Below, piece after piece: positions 33,493 through 44,168 of a DNA stretch of 64,000 bases. Source of the DNA: an uncultured delta proteobacterium (GTDB taxonomy: Bacteria; Myxococcota; Kuafuiibacteriia; Kuafuiibacteriales; Kuafuiibacteriaceae); assembly GCA_963803435.1 (NCBI GenBank), contig CAWDML010000014.1:32001-96000 (forward strand), in the 5' to 3' direction. Positions within the stretch are counted from its first letter, which is position 1; every line of letters starts with the position of its first letter. The notes beneath the pieces were generated by a model. It ran no database searches. It worked only from the letters and a program-made list of their open reading frames with translations, and was not told where the DNA came from. Made by a program: the position numbers and the translations under genes.

Positions 33493-34362
33493 TCACACCT
33501 CGACCTTGCCGTCGGCCGTGCAGAGCACGCCGTAGAGCTCCGGGCGGCGATCGCGGAAGAAGCCCCAGCCCGCGCGGCGTCGGGCGAGATCGTCGAGGTC
33601 GAAGCGATGGAGGATCACGCCCTCGTCCTGGCGCCCCAGCTCCGCCACCTTGTCACCGCGGGGATCGGCGATGAACGAGGAGCCGTAGAAGCGCTGGCCC
33701 TCCTCCTCGCCGGTACGGTTCGCCGCGACCACCGGGACGATGTTGGCGACGGCGTGACCGATCATGACGCGCTGCCAGGGATCCTTGGTGTCGAGATCGG
33801 GGTCGGCGGGCTCGCTGCCGATCGCGGTCGGGTAGAGGAGGACCTCGGCGCCGAGCAGCATCATCGAGCGGGCGCACTCCGGGAACCATTGGTCCCAGCA
33901 GATCCCGACGCCGATGGTGCCGTGCCGGGTGGGGAAGGCGCGGAAGCCGGTATCGCCGGGGCGGAAGTAGAACTTCTCCTCGTAGCCGGGTCCGTCGGGG
34001 ATGTGGCTCTTGCGATAGACACCGAGGCACGCGCCGTCTGCGTCGAGGACCGCCACGCTGTTGTAGTGAGCCTGCCCGGACCGCTCGAAGAAGGAGATCG
34101 GAATGACCAGCCCGAGCTTCTTCGCGAGCTCCGAGAAGTGCGCGATGGTCTCGTTGCCCTCGAGAGGACGCGCCTCCTCGAAGGACTCGGACCGCTCGTG
34201 GCGGCAGAAGTACGGGCCCTCGAAGAGCTCGGGCGGCAGCACGATCTGGGCGCCGAGGGCGGCCGCACCACGCACGTGCTCAGCGACGCGGGCGACGTTC
34301 TCCCGGCGCGAGCCGCCGAGCGGACACTGGATCGCGGCGACGGTCACCGTGCGTCCATTCAT
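33493..34362 (-). CDS. aguB: N-carbamoylputrescine amidase
   Basis: 'PELF', 'YRKSHIPDGPGYEEKFYF', 'ICWDQWFPE', 'YPTAIGSEP'. Confidence 0.93.
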   Translation of the reverse strand: MNGRTVTVAAIQCPLGGSRRENVARVAEHVRGAAALGAQIVLPPELFEGPYFCRHERSESFEEARPLEGNETIAHFSELAKKLGLVIPISFFERSGQAHYNSVAVLDADGACLGVYRKSHIPDGPGYEEKFYFRPGDTGFRAFPTRHGTIGVGICWDQWFPECARSMMLLGAEVLLYPTAIGSEPADPDLDTKDPWQRVMIGHAVANIVPVVAANRTGEEEGQRFYGSSFIADPRGDKVAELGRQDEGVILHRFDLDDLARRRAGWGFFRDRRPELYGVLCTADGKVEV

Positions 34363-35376
34363 TGTTCACCTCCGAGCGGGAGCTGCTGAGTGATGCAGTG
34401 GAACGCGCCGCCGCCCTCGAGGATCGCCCGGGCGGAGACGCCGGCGACGCGGCGGTCGGGAAAGAGCGACGCGATCGCCTCGAGGGCCGGCTCGTCGGCC
34501 GGCACGCCGTACTGCGGGACCACGACGGTCCGGTTGGCGATGTAGAAGTTGACGTAGCTCGCGGGCATGAGGTCTCCCTCGCCGGTGAGCACGCGCCCGG
34601 GGGACGGCACGACCGCGACGTCGAGCCTCATGGACTCGAGGTCGCGGTGGATCGCGAGGAGCGCCTCACGGTTCGGATCGTCCGGCTCGGGGCGCATGCA
34701 GACGACCACGCCGGGACGGACGAAGCGCGCCAGCGTGTCGACGTGGCCGTCGGTGTGGTCGTTCGCGAGCCCGTCGCCCAGCCAGAGGATCCGCTCGGCG
34801 CCCAACCAGCGCGAGAGCTCGGCCTCGAGGCGCTCGGGATCGAGCCCCGGGTTGCGGTTGGGATTCTGCAAGCACTGCCGGGTCGTCAGGAGCAGTCCGG
34901 CGCCGTCGACCTCGACGCTGCCGCCCTCGAGCACGAAGTCAGCCTCGAAGATCGGCGAGGGCGAGCGCCTCCGCGATCGATCCCGCGACCCGATCGTCGT
35001 GCGGCAGGAGGTACTTCTCACCCCAGCCGTTGAAGCGAAAGACCGCGGAGGCGCGGCCGCCCCGCTCGTCGACCAGGAAGACGGGCGCGATGTCGCGAAG
35101 CCAGATGTCGCCGAACGGGATCCGGTACCAGGTGATCGGCAGGTGGCCGATCGCGCGCCGGGCGCTGGCCTCAGCCGCGTCGTCGGGGACCAAGACCGAG
35201 AGCGGCTCGCCCTCGGCGATCGCCTCGGCCAGCCCGGCGACCTCGCGGCGGGCAGGCTCGAGATGCTCGCGCCAGAGATCGGCCGCGCTCGGCCACGCGA
35301 GGAACGTGGTCTCGTGCTCGTTCCACTCCGCAGGCTGTCGATAGCCCGCGTCCCCCGGCGCTCGCACGGCCTTCAC
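34359..35376 (-). CDS. aguA: Agmatine deiminase, 1-nt insertion near 34955
   Basis: 'PAEW', 'DIWLRD', 'FNGWG.KY' in one frame; 'LEGGS', 'DHTDGHVD', 'SYVNF', 'GGGAFHCITQQ' in the next. Confidence 0.9.
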
Positions 35377-35409
35377 GATCGGACCCGTTACCGAACGCGA
35401 TCGGGTTGA

Positions 35410-37395
35410 TCAAGCCGAAGCCGAGAGCTCGCGGTGCACGCCCGTGAGGTAGCGCCCGCGCAGGATGCGGCAGGGAGCCTCAGCGGCGCTGGCGCCCGCA
35501 ATCGCGCTTGCGGCACCAGCCAGGATTGGGAGACCCGCCTCCTCGAGGGAGCGGGCCGCGCCGAGGAGCGCGCTCCGCCGGCGCTCGTTCAGCGCACCGC
35601 GACCCATCTCCGCCAGCTCCTCGAGCATCGACTCGAACGCTCGCAGGCGATGGAGGCTCGCCGAGTCGATCGGGGCCTCCGGCTCGCGCTCCTCCTCGCC
35701 CTCGTGCGGAGCGGAGGCCTCCTCGGAGCCCGCCCCCGGTGCGGGCGCGCCACCGTCGAGGCCGAGGTTCACGATCCCGTCGCGCGTGTAGAGGCTGTAG
35801 GGACGCATCCTCAGCTGCCCCTCGGCGAGGTAGGCACGCCCCATGAGTCCCCAGAGCCCGACCGCGTCCGGATCGAGCCGCTCGAGCGCTTCAATCGCGG
35901 CCTCGTTGGCGGCGCCGTGGGACACGCCCAGCACGAGCGGGCGCTGGTCGGCGTCGAAGACCTCGAGGACGAACACCTGGCGGATCTCATCGAAGGATCT
36001 CGCGCCGAAGCGGGCCGGGCGCACCACCGCGAGGCCCGCAATCGGATCATACGACCCGAGGCCCGCGGGCCGCGCACGCTCCACCGCCCCGCGGAGCCGA
36101 TCGAAGTCGGCAAAGACGCGATCCGTCGCCGCGAGCTCCGACGGGTCCGAGGGCCCGATCACCTGCGCCTTCGATCGGGTCGAGGCCGAGAGGCGGTGCT
36201 GGTCGTTTCGCCGGGCGTGGAAGAGCTTGAAGCGCGACCGCGAGGCCAGCGCCGGATCGCGCATCCCCTCCCAGGGACCCGGCGCCCGGTATCGCGCCTC
36301 GGGCGAGTACTCCGCGTACTGCGCCGGCCGCGAGTCGGACCACGCGTACCACTCGCCGCTCCTCGACTCGCGGAACACCACCGTGAGCCCCAGATAACCG
36401 GACGACGTCCGCCAGGGATACGCGCCCAGCCCGGAGAGCTCGAGCGCACCGATCTCGCGGTAGCGCGTGCGGTGCCGGCCCACCAGCTCGGAGGACGCTT
36501 CGTCCTTCGCCGAGCCGAGCGCAGCGGCCAGCGCGTACGCCCTCGACACCGCGCCGAAGAGCCTGGCCTCGTCCGACTGCGCGCGGCGCTCGACCATCAG
36601 CGCCGTGTCGTCGGCGGTGCGTTTGAGCTCGAGGGCCAGCCGGGGAAGGTTGACGCCGACCGCCGAGATCGCGAGCGTGGTGAGCCGCGCCTCCGCGGTC
36701 TCGGTGAGATGCGTGAGGCCCGCGTCGATCATCTCCTCGAACAGCGACGTCGCCGAGCCGAGCACCTCGGCGCGCGTGCGGGGCGCTCCCTCGGCTGCCG
36801 CCAGCGCCGCGGCCTCGATCTGCTCGGGCCCCGGATGTCCGCGACGCTTCCGGAGCGCGAGGATCGCGGCCACCAGGTACTTCTCGGGATCGCGGCCGCG
36901 CGCGTCGGTGATCGCGCCCTGGTAGCCTCCGCCGGGGAACCAGCGCACCTCCACCAGGCTCTCGGGGAAGAAGACGCGGAGCGACTCGCCCAGCTCGATC
37001 TCCGGCTCCGGGTCGGCGCCGAGCACCGCGATCGCCTCCCGGACCACGCGTTTGGTGGCGAGCTTCTCCGGATCGAGCGCCAGGATCTCGGCCTCGAGCG
37101 CCGCAGGATCGACGGCAGGCGCCTCGGCCCGCCCCGGCTCGTTTCGGAGGAAGAGGACCGCCGTCAGGATGTGGCGACAGATCTCGAAACCGGGGCAGCT
37201 GCAGCGCGCCTGCCGCGGGCCGCGCTCGTCGAGCTCCACCGTCTCGGCGCCCACCCGGATCGCGAGCGGCGCCGAGGCGGTCTCGAGCACGACCGGGACC
37301 CTCGCGAGATCCTTGGCGGCGCGGCGCAACAGCCCCTTGCTGGCGAGCGCGGCCAGCGCCGCGTCGTCGTAGCGCTCGCGATAGAGCGCGCTCAG
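35410..37395 (-). CDS. SWIM zinc-finger protein (YehQ-like)
   Basis: 'ALAALASKGLLRRA', SWIM 'CSCPGFEICRH'; start probably overlaps the VWA stop codon (exact codon uncertain). Confidence 0.75.
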   Translation of the reverse strand: MSALYRERYDDAALAALASKGLLRRAAKDLARVPVVLETASAPLAIRVGAETVELDERGPRQARCSCPGFEICRHILTAVLFLRNEPGRAEAPAVDPAALEAEILALDPEKLATKRVVREAIAVLGADPEPEIELGESLRVFFPESLVEVRWFPGGGYQGAITDARGRDPEKYLVAAILALRKRRGHPGPEQIEAAALAAAEGAPRTRAEVLGSATSLFEEMIDAGLTHLTETAEARLTTLAISAVGVNLPRLALELKRTADDTALMVERRAQSDEARLFGAVSRAYALAAALGSAKDEASSELVGRHRTRYREIGALELSGLGAYPWRTSSGYLGLTVVFRESRSGEWYAWSDSRPAQYAEYSPEARYRAPGPWEGMRDPALASRSRFKLFHARRNDQHRLSASTRSKAQVIGPSDPSELAATDRVFADFDRLRGAVERARPAGLGSYDPIAGLAVVRPARFGARSFDEIRQVFVLEVFDADQRPLVLGVSHGAANEAAIEALERLDPDAVGLWGLMGRAYLAEGQLRMRPYSLYTRDGIVNLGLDGGAPAPGAGSEEASAPHEGEEEREPEAPIDSASLHRLRAFESMLEELAEMGRGALNERRRSALLGAARSLEEAGLPILAGAASAIAGASAAEAPCRILRGRYLTGVHRELSASA

Positions 37396-38516
37396 GCGAT
37401 CGCTTTCACCAGCCACTCCGCCAGCCTCTTCGGCGTCAGCGCCGCGATCTCCATGCCCGCCGCGGCCAGGGCCTCGGCGGTGCTCCGGTCGTAGATCGGC
37501 CGCGCGCGCTCGTCGAGCGCCGCCAGCCCGAGCACCTTCACGCCCGCCTCCGCCAACCGTCGCACGTTGGCCTCCAGCACCTGGGGCGAGGCACCTTCGC
37601 AGAAGTCGGTGATCAACACGACGATCGTGCGATGGGGATTCTCGATCAGCGACTCGGCATACGCGACCGCCCGACCGATGTTGGTACCGCCGCCGAGCTG
37701 TACGCTCATCAGCACCTCGACCGGATCGTCGGCCATACCGGAGAGATCCACGACCTCGGTGTCGAAAACGAACAGCTTCACGCGCACGCTGGGGAGCGAC
37801 GCCAGGATCGCGGCCATCACCGCGCCGTGGATCACGGACTGGGTCATGCTGCCGCTCTGATCGATCGCCAGCACGATCTCCCAGGGGAGACGCCGCTCGA
37901 TGCGCGAGAAGAAGCGAACCTCTTCGAGCGCGAGTTGCCTCCGCTCGGGGTTCCAGTGGCGCAGGTTGAGGCGGATCGTGCGCCTCCAATCGAAGTTCCT
38001 GGCCACGCGGAGCGGGCCGTGCCGGAGCCGATCCTGCTTGCCGGCCAGGGTGCGCCGCACCTCTTCCTCGAGCCTGCGCCGGAGGTCGTCGACGACCTCG
38101 CGGACGATCCGGCGCGCCACGTCCAGAGAGCGGCCCTCGAGGTGCCCGCGGAAGGCGAGGATGGCCGCCAGCAGATCCATGTTCGGCGTCAGCCGGCCGA
38201 GCACCTCGGGATCCGTGATCAGCTCGGTCATCCCGTAGCGTTCGAGCGCATGCCGCTCGATGCGCTCGGAGGTGTCCTCGGGGAACAGCTCGCGCACCTC
38301 GGAGAGCCAGCGCGGCACGCTCAGCTGGCTCGGATCCAGGGAGGCGCCGGGGCCACCCGCGCGGGCGCCGCGCCCCGCGTACTCGCGGCCGTAGAGGAAG
38401 TCGAGCGCGTCCTCGCGGCGGCGTTCGAGCTCGTCCTTCGGCATCGGGAGCGCGCGTCTCGCGTAGCGCCCGAGCAACAGGCGCCAGCGGCGCAGCACGG
38501 CCTCTGGATCGCTCAT
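37392..38516 (-). CDS. VWA/CoxE-like protein (YehP-like)
   Basis: 'RRWRLLLG', 'DWRRTIRLNL', MIDAS 'DQSGSM', 'QLGGGTNIG', 'ITDFCEG'. Confidence 0.88.
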   Translation of the reverse strand: MSDPEAVLRRWRLLLGRYARRALPMPKDELERRREDALDFLYGREYAGRGARAGGPGASLDPSQLSVPRWLSEVRELFPEDTSERIERHALERYGMTELITDPEVLGRLTPNMDLLAAILAFRGHLEGRSLDVARRIVREVVDDLRRRLEEEVRRTLAGKQDRLRHGPLRVARNFDWRRTIRLNLRHWNPERRQLALEEVRFFSRIERRLPWEIVLAIDQSGSMTQSVIHGAVMAAILASLPSVRVKLFVFDTEVVDLSGMADDPVEVLMSVQLGGGTNIGRAVAYAESLIENPHRTIVVLITDFCEGASPQVLEANVRRLAEAGVKVLGLAALDERARPIYDRSTAEALAAAGMEIAALTPKRLAEWLVKAIA

Positions 38517-40921
38517 TCGCCCCACCCTTCCAGGCCGTCGCGAGCGAGCACGGTGCGGACGTGCCTCGTCATTTGCAGGTTTGCCTGCACTTCCTCTGCG
38601 CTCACGTCGAATCGCACCAGGTCACCGAGCGCGCCGCCCTGCTGTCTTCCCACCAGCGCGGCCAGCCAATCGACCTCCTTCGGCGTCAGCTCGGCGAAGG
38701 CCAGCCGCAGCTCGGGGAGCGCGGAGAGGAAGTCGCCTTCGGCCCATCCTTCGAGGAGCGCGCTGACCTCGCGCACGAAGCCGGGGACGCGCCACGCCAC
38801 CTCGCGGGCCGTCGCCAGCACGCCGCGCAGGAACGCGGTCCGGGTGCGCGCGGAGCGGTCGGCGCCGCGGAGATGCCCGATCAGCAGGGCCATCAGACGG
38901 TCCTCGGTGATCCGCCCATCGGCGAAGGAGAGACCGGCCGCACCACCTAGGATGGCGCCGTTGTCGCCGCCCAGCTCGAGCGTGCGCGCGAGCGCGTCGT
39001 GGAGCAGCGAGGCGTCGAGGAGCTCGGCGCGGGCGGGCGTGAGGAGGCCGCGGACGGTGGCGAGTCCCGCGAGTGCGCCACGCTCCTCCGTCTCCGCGGT
39101 GGAGCCCAGGCGATCGATCAGGTACGTCGCGCGCTGGTACACCGCGCGCACCAGCTCGGGGAGCTGCGGCAGGCGAAACGCCTCCAGCGGCTCCCGCGAC
39201 TCCCACAGCAGCATCAGCTCCTCGAGCGCGGCCACCAGGGAGCCGAAGCTCGGATCCTCACCGGCCACCGCCAGGATCACGCGGGCGATCCGGTCGGCGC
39301 GATCGACCAGCCCCATCCGCAGCGCCGCCGTCAGGAGCGACACCGCAGAACGCGCGCTCCGAGACGCCCCGCTCGCCTCCAGCGCACCCGTGCGTTCGAG
39401 GAGCAGCGTGCCGGCCGCCTCGTCGACGCTGGCCCCGTACGCCATCCGCTCGATCAGCGTGCTCTCCACCTCGGGCGTCCAGCACCAGGACCAGAGCTCC
39501 TGGATGCGCTCGAGCTCGCGCCCGGCCGCGAAGTCCGGACCGGCGATCAGCTCTGCGAACGGCACCTCGAGGAACGAGAGCGCGTGGAAGAACCGGCTGG
39601 TCCTGCGGTGCAGCTCGTTCTTGTAGAGCTCGAGCGTGGACTCCCGCCGCGCCGCCTGCCGCACGTCGAGCCGGAGCTCCCGCGCGAGTCGATGGAAGTC
39701 GTCCGCGATGGGCGGGCTGCCGGCCTCCGGCGGGACTGCGCCGACCTTCGCGCCGGCAAGCTGCCTCTTCACCTGGGCCATCACCAGCGCGCCCTCCGCG
39801 TCGAGCGCACCCTTGACGAAGCAGCTCCGGATCGCGTCGAGCACGTCCTCGCGCGACGGTCCCGGCCGGCCGCGCATCTCGGCGAGTCGGACCGCCGTCG
39901 CGATCGCGTCGATCACCTGCGCCGTCGACACCACGGGCCCGGTGCGCCGCTTGCGCGTGGCGCGCGATAGATCCACCAGAACCTCGACCGCCGCGCTCCG
40001 CAGCGCGGTCGCCGCCGGCCGGCCTCGCTCGAGGTGGGTCCACACGCGCGCGTAGTAGCCGGGCGCCGGCATCCCCGCCGAGTAGCCATTGAGCGCGTCC
40101 AGCTGATCGAACGAGTAGCGCATCAAGAGCGTGCTGGCGCGCGCCGGGTCCCGGACCGGGAGCGGCCTCCTCTTCGGCTTCTCGCGCAGGAGCACCGGCA
40201 GATGCACCGTGTGGAAGCCGCCCGTGACCACCACGATCGGCGCGACGCCCTCCTCGAGCGCCGACGCCACGTGCGAGGCCATATTCCGCTCGCGCGCCAG
40301 GTTGCCCTCGGCCGCGAGCGCCTCCTCGGTGTACTCGATCCGCGACAGTGCGCAGTAGACTGCGACCTCGTCGATGAACCGCTCGATCGAGAGCTCGGGG
40401 CCGCGAACCTCGAAGAGGTGATCCCAGAGCTCGTCGTGATCGCGGCAGCCGGTGCGCGCCGCCAGCCGATCCAGATAGACCGATTGCCGAAGATAGATCT
40501 CCTGGAGCAGCGACTCGACCTCGAAGCCGAGGGCGCCCGGACGCTCGTCCTTCTCGGCGCGGACCTTCTCGGGATAGGTGAGATCGACGAACGAGAGCCT
40601 GGCCCCGCAGGCGTGCCCGATCCGGAGCGCCACCAGCTCGGGCGAGTAGTCGCAGAAAGGGTAGTAGCCTCCGTGGCGGAGCCGGCCCACATAGGTGCAG
40701 TACGCGGCGAACGGCGTGCGCGTCCGCGGGTCGAGCAGGTGCGGGATCAACGGGGTGAGATCCTCCGGCCCCTCGATCATCACCGCCTGCGGCCGGACCT
40801 GCTCGATCAACCGGCGCACCTGGAGCGCGCACGCCGGGCTGTGGTGGCGGATCGGAACCCACCAGATCCCGCGGGCCCGATCCTCGGCGAGGAGGTCCCG
40901 GATCCTCAGCGCTTCAGCCAT
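38513..40921 (-). CDS. DUF5682 family protein (YehM-like)
   Basis: 'PIRHHSPACA', 'IEGPED', 'YSPE', 'RERNMA', 'VTGGFH', 'GYSAGMPAP'; ATG 40921 overlaps the ATPase 3' end. Confidence 0.85.
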   Translation of the reverse strand: MAEALRIRDLLAEDRARGIWWVPIRHHSPACALQVRRLIEQVRPQAVMIEGPEDLTPLIPHLLDPRTRTPFAAYCTYVGRLRHGGYYPFCDYSPELVALRIGHACGARLSFVDLTYPEKVRAEKDERPGALGFEVESLLQEIYLRQSVYLDRLAARTGCRDHDELWDHLFEVRGPELSIERFIDEVAVYCALSRIEYTEEALAAEGNLARERNMASHVASALEEGVAPIVVVTGGFHTVHLPVLLREKPKRRPLPVRDPARASTLLMRYSFDQLDALNGYSAGMPAPGYYARVWTHLERGRPAATALRSAAVEVLVDLSRATRKRRTGPVVSTAQVIDAIATAVRLAEMRGRPGPSREDVLDAIRSCFVKGALDAEGALVMAQVKRQLAGAKVGAVPPEAGSPPIADDFHRLARELRLDVRQAARRESTLELYKNELHRRTSRFFHALSFLEVPFAELIAGPDFAAGRELERIQELWSWCWTPEVESTLIERMAYGASVDEAAGTLLLERTGALEASGASRSARSAVSLLTAALRMGLVDRADRIARVILAVAGEDPSFGSLVAALEELMLLWESREPLEAFRLPQLPELVRAVYQRATYLIDRLGSTAETEERGALAGLATVRGLLTPARAELLDASLLHDALARTLELGGDNGAILGGAAGLSFADGRITEDRLMALLIGHLRGADRSARTRTAFLRGVLATAREVAWRVPGFVREVSALLEGWAEGDFLSALPELRLAFAELTPKEVDWLAALVGRQQGGALGDLVRFDVSAEEVQANLQMTRHVRTVLARDGLEGWGE

Positions 40922-42009
40922 TTCCTCGCGTCGTAGTAGGCCTTCCACAGCGCGCTGTCCTTGGCGCGGCCCTTGACCACCACGTCGAAGTACTGGCGGA
41001 GCCGCTTCTCGTCGTCGGCGTTGTCCTTGAGCACCGTGCCGATCAGCTGGCGCGCCACGTGCTCGCTCCTCATCGCGCCGTCGCCGAACCAGCGCGCGTC
41101 GAGCCCGGCGGACACACCGACGGCGACCGCCTCGGCCGTCGACATGACGGTGCTCGGCTTCTCCAGCTGTGTCCCGTCCTCGGTCCGGCCCGCCCGCAGA
41201 TCGTGAAACGTGGTCACCAGCAGATCGACGACATCCTCGGGGACGGCGACCTCGACCCCGGCGGCCGCCAGCTGCGCGCAGATCTGATCCATCACCAGCT
41301 TCACCTCGAGGCGCTTGTCCGGGATCGGCATAACGGTCTCGAAGTTGAACCGCCGCTTGAGCGCGCTCGACATCTCGTGGACGCCGCGGTCGCGGATGTT
41401 GGCGGTGGCGACCACGTTGAAGCCCTTGCGCGCGAACAGGACCGCGTGCTCGGTGCCCTCCAGCTCGGGGACGTGCAGCACCTTGTCGGAGAGGACCGAG
41501 ACCATCGTGTCCTGGATCTCCGGCTGGCACCGCGTGATCTCCTCGAAGCGGATCAGGAGGCCCTGCTCCATCCCGAGGTAGAGCGGGCCCTTCACCAGCG
41601 CGCCGATCCCCGGGCCCTCCGCCAGGAGCCGCGCGTAGTTCCAGGAGTACCGGATCTGGTCCTCCGTGGTGCCGGCGGTGCCCTGGATGGTGTTTTGCGA
41701 GGTCCCCGAGATCGCGGCCGCCAGGAGCTCCGAGAGCATCGACTTGGCGGTCCCGGGCTCCCCCACCAGGAGGAGCCCGCGGTTCGACATGAGCGTGACG
41801 ATCGATCGATCGATCAGCGTGTCGTCGCCGAAGAACTTCTTCTCGATCTTGGGCCCCGACTTCTTGCCGTCGTCGCCGAGGATGAAGGTGCGGACGGCCT
41901 TGGGAGAGAGGAGCCAGCCCTCGGGCCGCGGCCCGGGATCCCACGCGCGGAGCGCCTCGAGCTCGACCCGATGCTGGACCTCCGCCGACTCTCTGAGCAC
42001 GCCCGCCAT
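40906..42009 (-). CDS. MoxR-type AAA+ ATPase (YehL-like)
   Basis: Walker A 'GEPGTAKS', 'FEEITR', 'ATANIRDRGV.EMSSALKRRF'. Confidence 0.9.
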   Translation of the reverse strand: MAGVLRESAEVQHRVELEALRAWDPGPRPEGWLLSPKAVRTFILGDDGKKSGPKIEKKFFGDDTLIDRSIVTLMSNRGLLLVGEPGTAKSMLSELLAAAISGTSQNTIQGTAGTTEDQIRYSWNYARLLAEGPGIGALVKGPLYLGMEQGLLIRFEEITRCQPEIQDTMVSVLSDKVLHVPELEGTEHAVLFARKGFNVVATANIRDRGVHEMSSALKRRFNFETVMPIPDKRLEVKLVMDQICAQLAAAGVEVAVPEDVVDLLVTTFHDLRAGRTEDGTQLEKPSTVMSTAEAVAVGVSAGLDARWFGDGAMRSEHVARQLIGTVLKDNADDEKRLRQYFDVVVKGRAKDSALWKAYYDARKWLKR

Positions 42010-42035
42010 CGGCGGCCTTGTAGCACGCAATCCCG

Positions 42036-42698
42036 TCAGAGGCTGATGATGCCCTCGCGGATGCCTTCGGTGACGGCCTCGAGGCGGTTCGTCACGTCGA
42101 GCTTCTCGTAGATGTGCTCGAGGTGCGTTCGGATGGTCGCCTTCGAGAGGCCGAGCACCTTGGCCGCCTCGTTGTTCGAGAGGCCCTTGGCGATGATCTG
42201 CAGGATCTCCAGCTCTCGCTTCGTCAGGTTGGTGACCGCCTCAGGATTGTAGGTGGGGACGGAGACCTGCTTGGGCGGCGCCGCGATCAGCTTGAGGAGC
42301 GCGCGGGCCAGGTTCGGCTGGATGACGGAGCCGCCCTCGTTCACGTCTTTGATCGCTTCGACGATCTTCTCGACCGGAGTGCCCTTGAGCAGATAACCGG
42401 CGGCACCCGCGACGACGGCCTCGATCACCTTCTCCTCCTCGTCGAAGATGGTGAAGATCAGGATGTTGATCTCGGGGTGGCTGGCCTTCACGCTGCGGGT
42501 CACGTCCATCCCCGACATGCGCGGGAGCCCGAGGTCGAGCAGGATGACGTCGGGCTTCAGCGCGTCGAGCTGTTCGAGCGCGTGCTCACCCGAGAGGGCC
42601 TCGCCGACGATCTCGATCTCGCCGAACTCGTCCAGTAGCTTGCTCTGCGCCTTGAGGATGTTGGGTTGGTCTTCGACGATGAGGACGCGGATCGGCAT
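42036..42698 (-). CDS. NarL/LuxR-family response regulator (no cognate kinase in window)
   Basis: 'LIVEDQ', 'LLDLGLP', 'GYLLK', 'LTKRELEIL...GLSNNEAA'. Confidence 0.92.
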   Translation of the reverse strand: MPIRVLIVEDQPNILKAQSKLLDEFGEIEIVGEALSGEHALEQLDALKPDVILLDLGLPRMSGMDVTRSVKASHPEINILIFTIFDEEEKVIEAVVAGAAGYLLKGTPVEKIVEAIKDVNEGGSVIQPNLARALLKLIAAPPKQVSVPTYNPEAVTNLTKRELEILQIIAKGLSNNEAAKVLGLSKATIRTHLEHIYEKLDVTNRLEAVTEGIREGIISL

Positions 42699-42739
42699 GG
42701 CCCCCAGCATAAGCCGCATCGGGCCGGAGGTCGCGCACG

Positions 42740-44167
42740 TCATCCTTCGGCGGCCAGACAGGGCGGATCACCCTCTTCGAGCAGGATCACCCGCAGCATA
42801 TCGGTGTTGCGGCGCAGGTAGACCACGAAGATCGTGGGCCCGGCCCGGGCCACCAGCAGCCCGAAGGCCTCCAGCGCGTCGCGCTCGCAGTAACCGATCG
42901 AGGGGTGGTACGTCGCCAGCAGGGGCTGGCCGTCGTCGAAGCCCGCATAGAGGAAGCCGCCGCCCGACCGCACCATGGTCACGATCGGGAAGGAGGTCTC
43001 GGCGCGCCGGGAGAAGGCCGGCTCCCAGGTGACCTCGCCGCGGCGGACCAGATCGCCCTCGCAGGTCCCGGCGAACGTGCCCAGGTCGCTCGACAGCACG
43101 GAGGCGGGTGTCCCCGCGATCCCCGGGACCGGCTCCTCGAACGCCTGCCCCTCCCGGTAGCGAAGGAGCATCCCGGGCGGCTCGCCCGCCCCGAGCCCGA
43201 GCGCCTCACCCGGCGCAATCCAGGTTGCGCTCGCGGGGAGCGGTTGCCGGCCTCCGGCGATCCCGAGATCACAGATGGCCTCCTCGGATCCGGAGTAGAC
43301 CGTCTGCCACTCGGCACCGTCGAAGCGCACCATCATGTGCGAGTTGGTCACTGCGAACAGCTCGAAGGGTGCGTCGCCGTGCGATCCGGTCAGCGCCACC
43401 GAGGTCCCGGTGGCGGGTGAGACCACCGGGAGCACCTCGAACCCGGACTCGAGCGTGCCGTGCGCCAGCCGGCCGTCGGCCGCGTAGAGCCAGAGCCCGC
43501 CCGAGTCGTCTCGGAACGCCGCACGGAACTCGATCGACTCGGGTCGCTCGCCCAGGCCGAGCTCCTCGATCTGCTGGTAGCTCCCGTCGTCGGCGATCTC
43601 GTACAGGTGTCCCACCGAGGTTCCGAGGAGCATCCGGTGATCGTCGATCGCCTGGGCGAATACGGGTTGATCGCTCGGCGAGGTGGCGGCGATGCGGACG
43701 TCGGCCGTCCTCCGGTACGGCGGCGAGTAGTGGTCGCAGACGTTGGTCGCCGGAAGATCGAGGAGCAGCAGCGCGTCCTGCATCCTCGGGTCCGGCTCCG
43801 AGAGCGTCTTCCAGGGCGCCTGCACGCCGTCCTCGATCTTCGCGGCCAAGAGCTTCTTCGGTGGCGGGGTGCGCGGGTCGTCGTACTCGGGAAACTCGTG
43901 GAGCGTCTGCGCACCCGGGATCAGGCCCACGTCCTGGAGCGGACACGCGAACGTCATGGCCAGGAGCTCGACGCTCCTCTCGTAGGCGAGCCCGGGCGGC
44001 GTGGGGTCGAGGCCGGCGCTGCCGACGTTCGTCGCCCACAGCCCGCTCAGCTGGCCGTCGACGTAGATCCAGAGCAGCGCCGAGCGCCCCTCGAACGCGC
44101 TCGAGTCGACCTCGACGTTCGAGTGACACCCGGCCAGCAGCAGGGCGAGCAGCCACCGTCTCCGCAC
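42740..44167 (-). CDS. Hypothetical lipoprotein, probable beta-propeller
   Basis: 'MRRRWLLALLLAGC' lipobox; repeated beta-strand units. Confidence 0.65.
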   Translation of the reverse strand: MRRRWLLALLLAGCHSNVEVDSSAFEGRSALLWIYVDGQLSGLWATNVGSAGLDPTPPGLAYERSVELLAMTFACPLQDVGLIPGAQTLHEFPEYDDPRTPPPKKLLAAKIEDGVQAPWKTLSEPDPRMQDALLLLDLPATNVCDHYSPPYRRTADVRIAATSPSDQPVFAQAIDDHRMLLGTSVGHLYEIADDGSYQQIEELGLGERPESIEFRAAFRDDSGGLWLYAADGRLAHGTLESGFEVLPVVSPATGTSVALTGSHGDAPFELFAVTNSHMMVRFDGAEWQTVYSGSEEAICDLGIAGGRQPLPASATWIAPGEALGLGAGEPPGMLLRYREGQAFEEPVPGIAGTPASVLSSDLGTFAGTCEGDLVRRGEVTWEPAFSRRAETSFPIVTMVRSGGGFLYAGFDDGQPLLATYHPSIGYCERDALEAFGLLVARAGPTIFVVYLRRNTDMLRVILLEEGDPPCLAAEG

Positions 44168-44168
44168 G

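Noticed and set aside
37396-37989. Long N-terminal extensions of the SWIM ORF (and likewise the DUF5682, nucleotidase and fvmX6-like ORFs)
   Set aside because: They overlap neighbouring genes in another frame and are low-complexity; starts were trimmed to the coupled positions.
41799-41815. GATC tandem run and frequent CGATCG as a HIP1-like repeat
   Set aside because: Explicable by Ile/Asp/Arg/Ser codon usage; over-representation cannot be shown without a codon-aware count.
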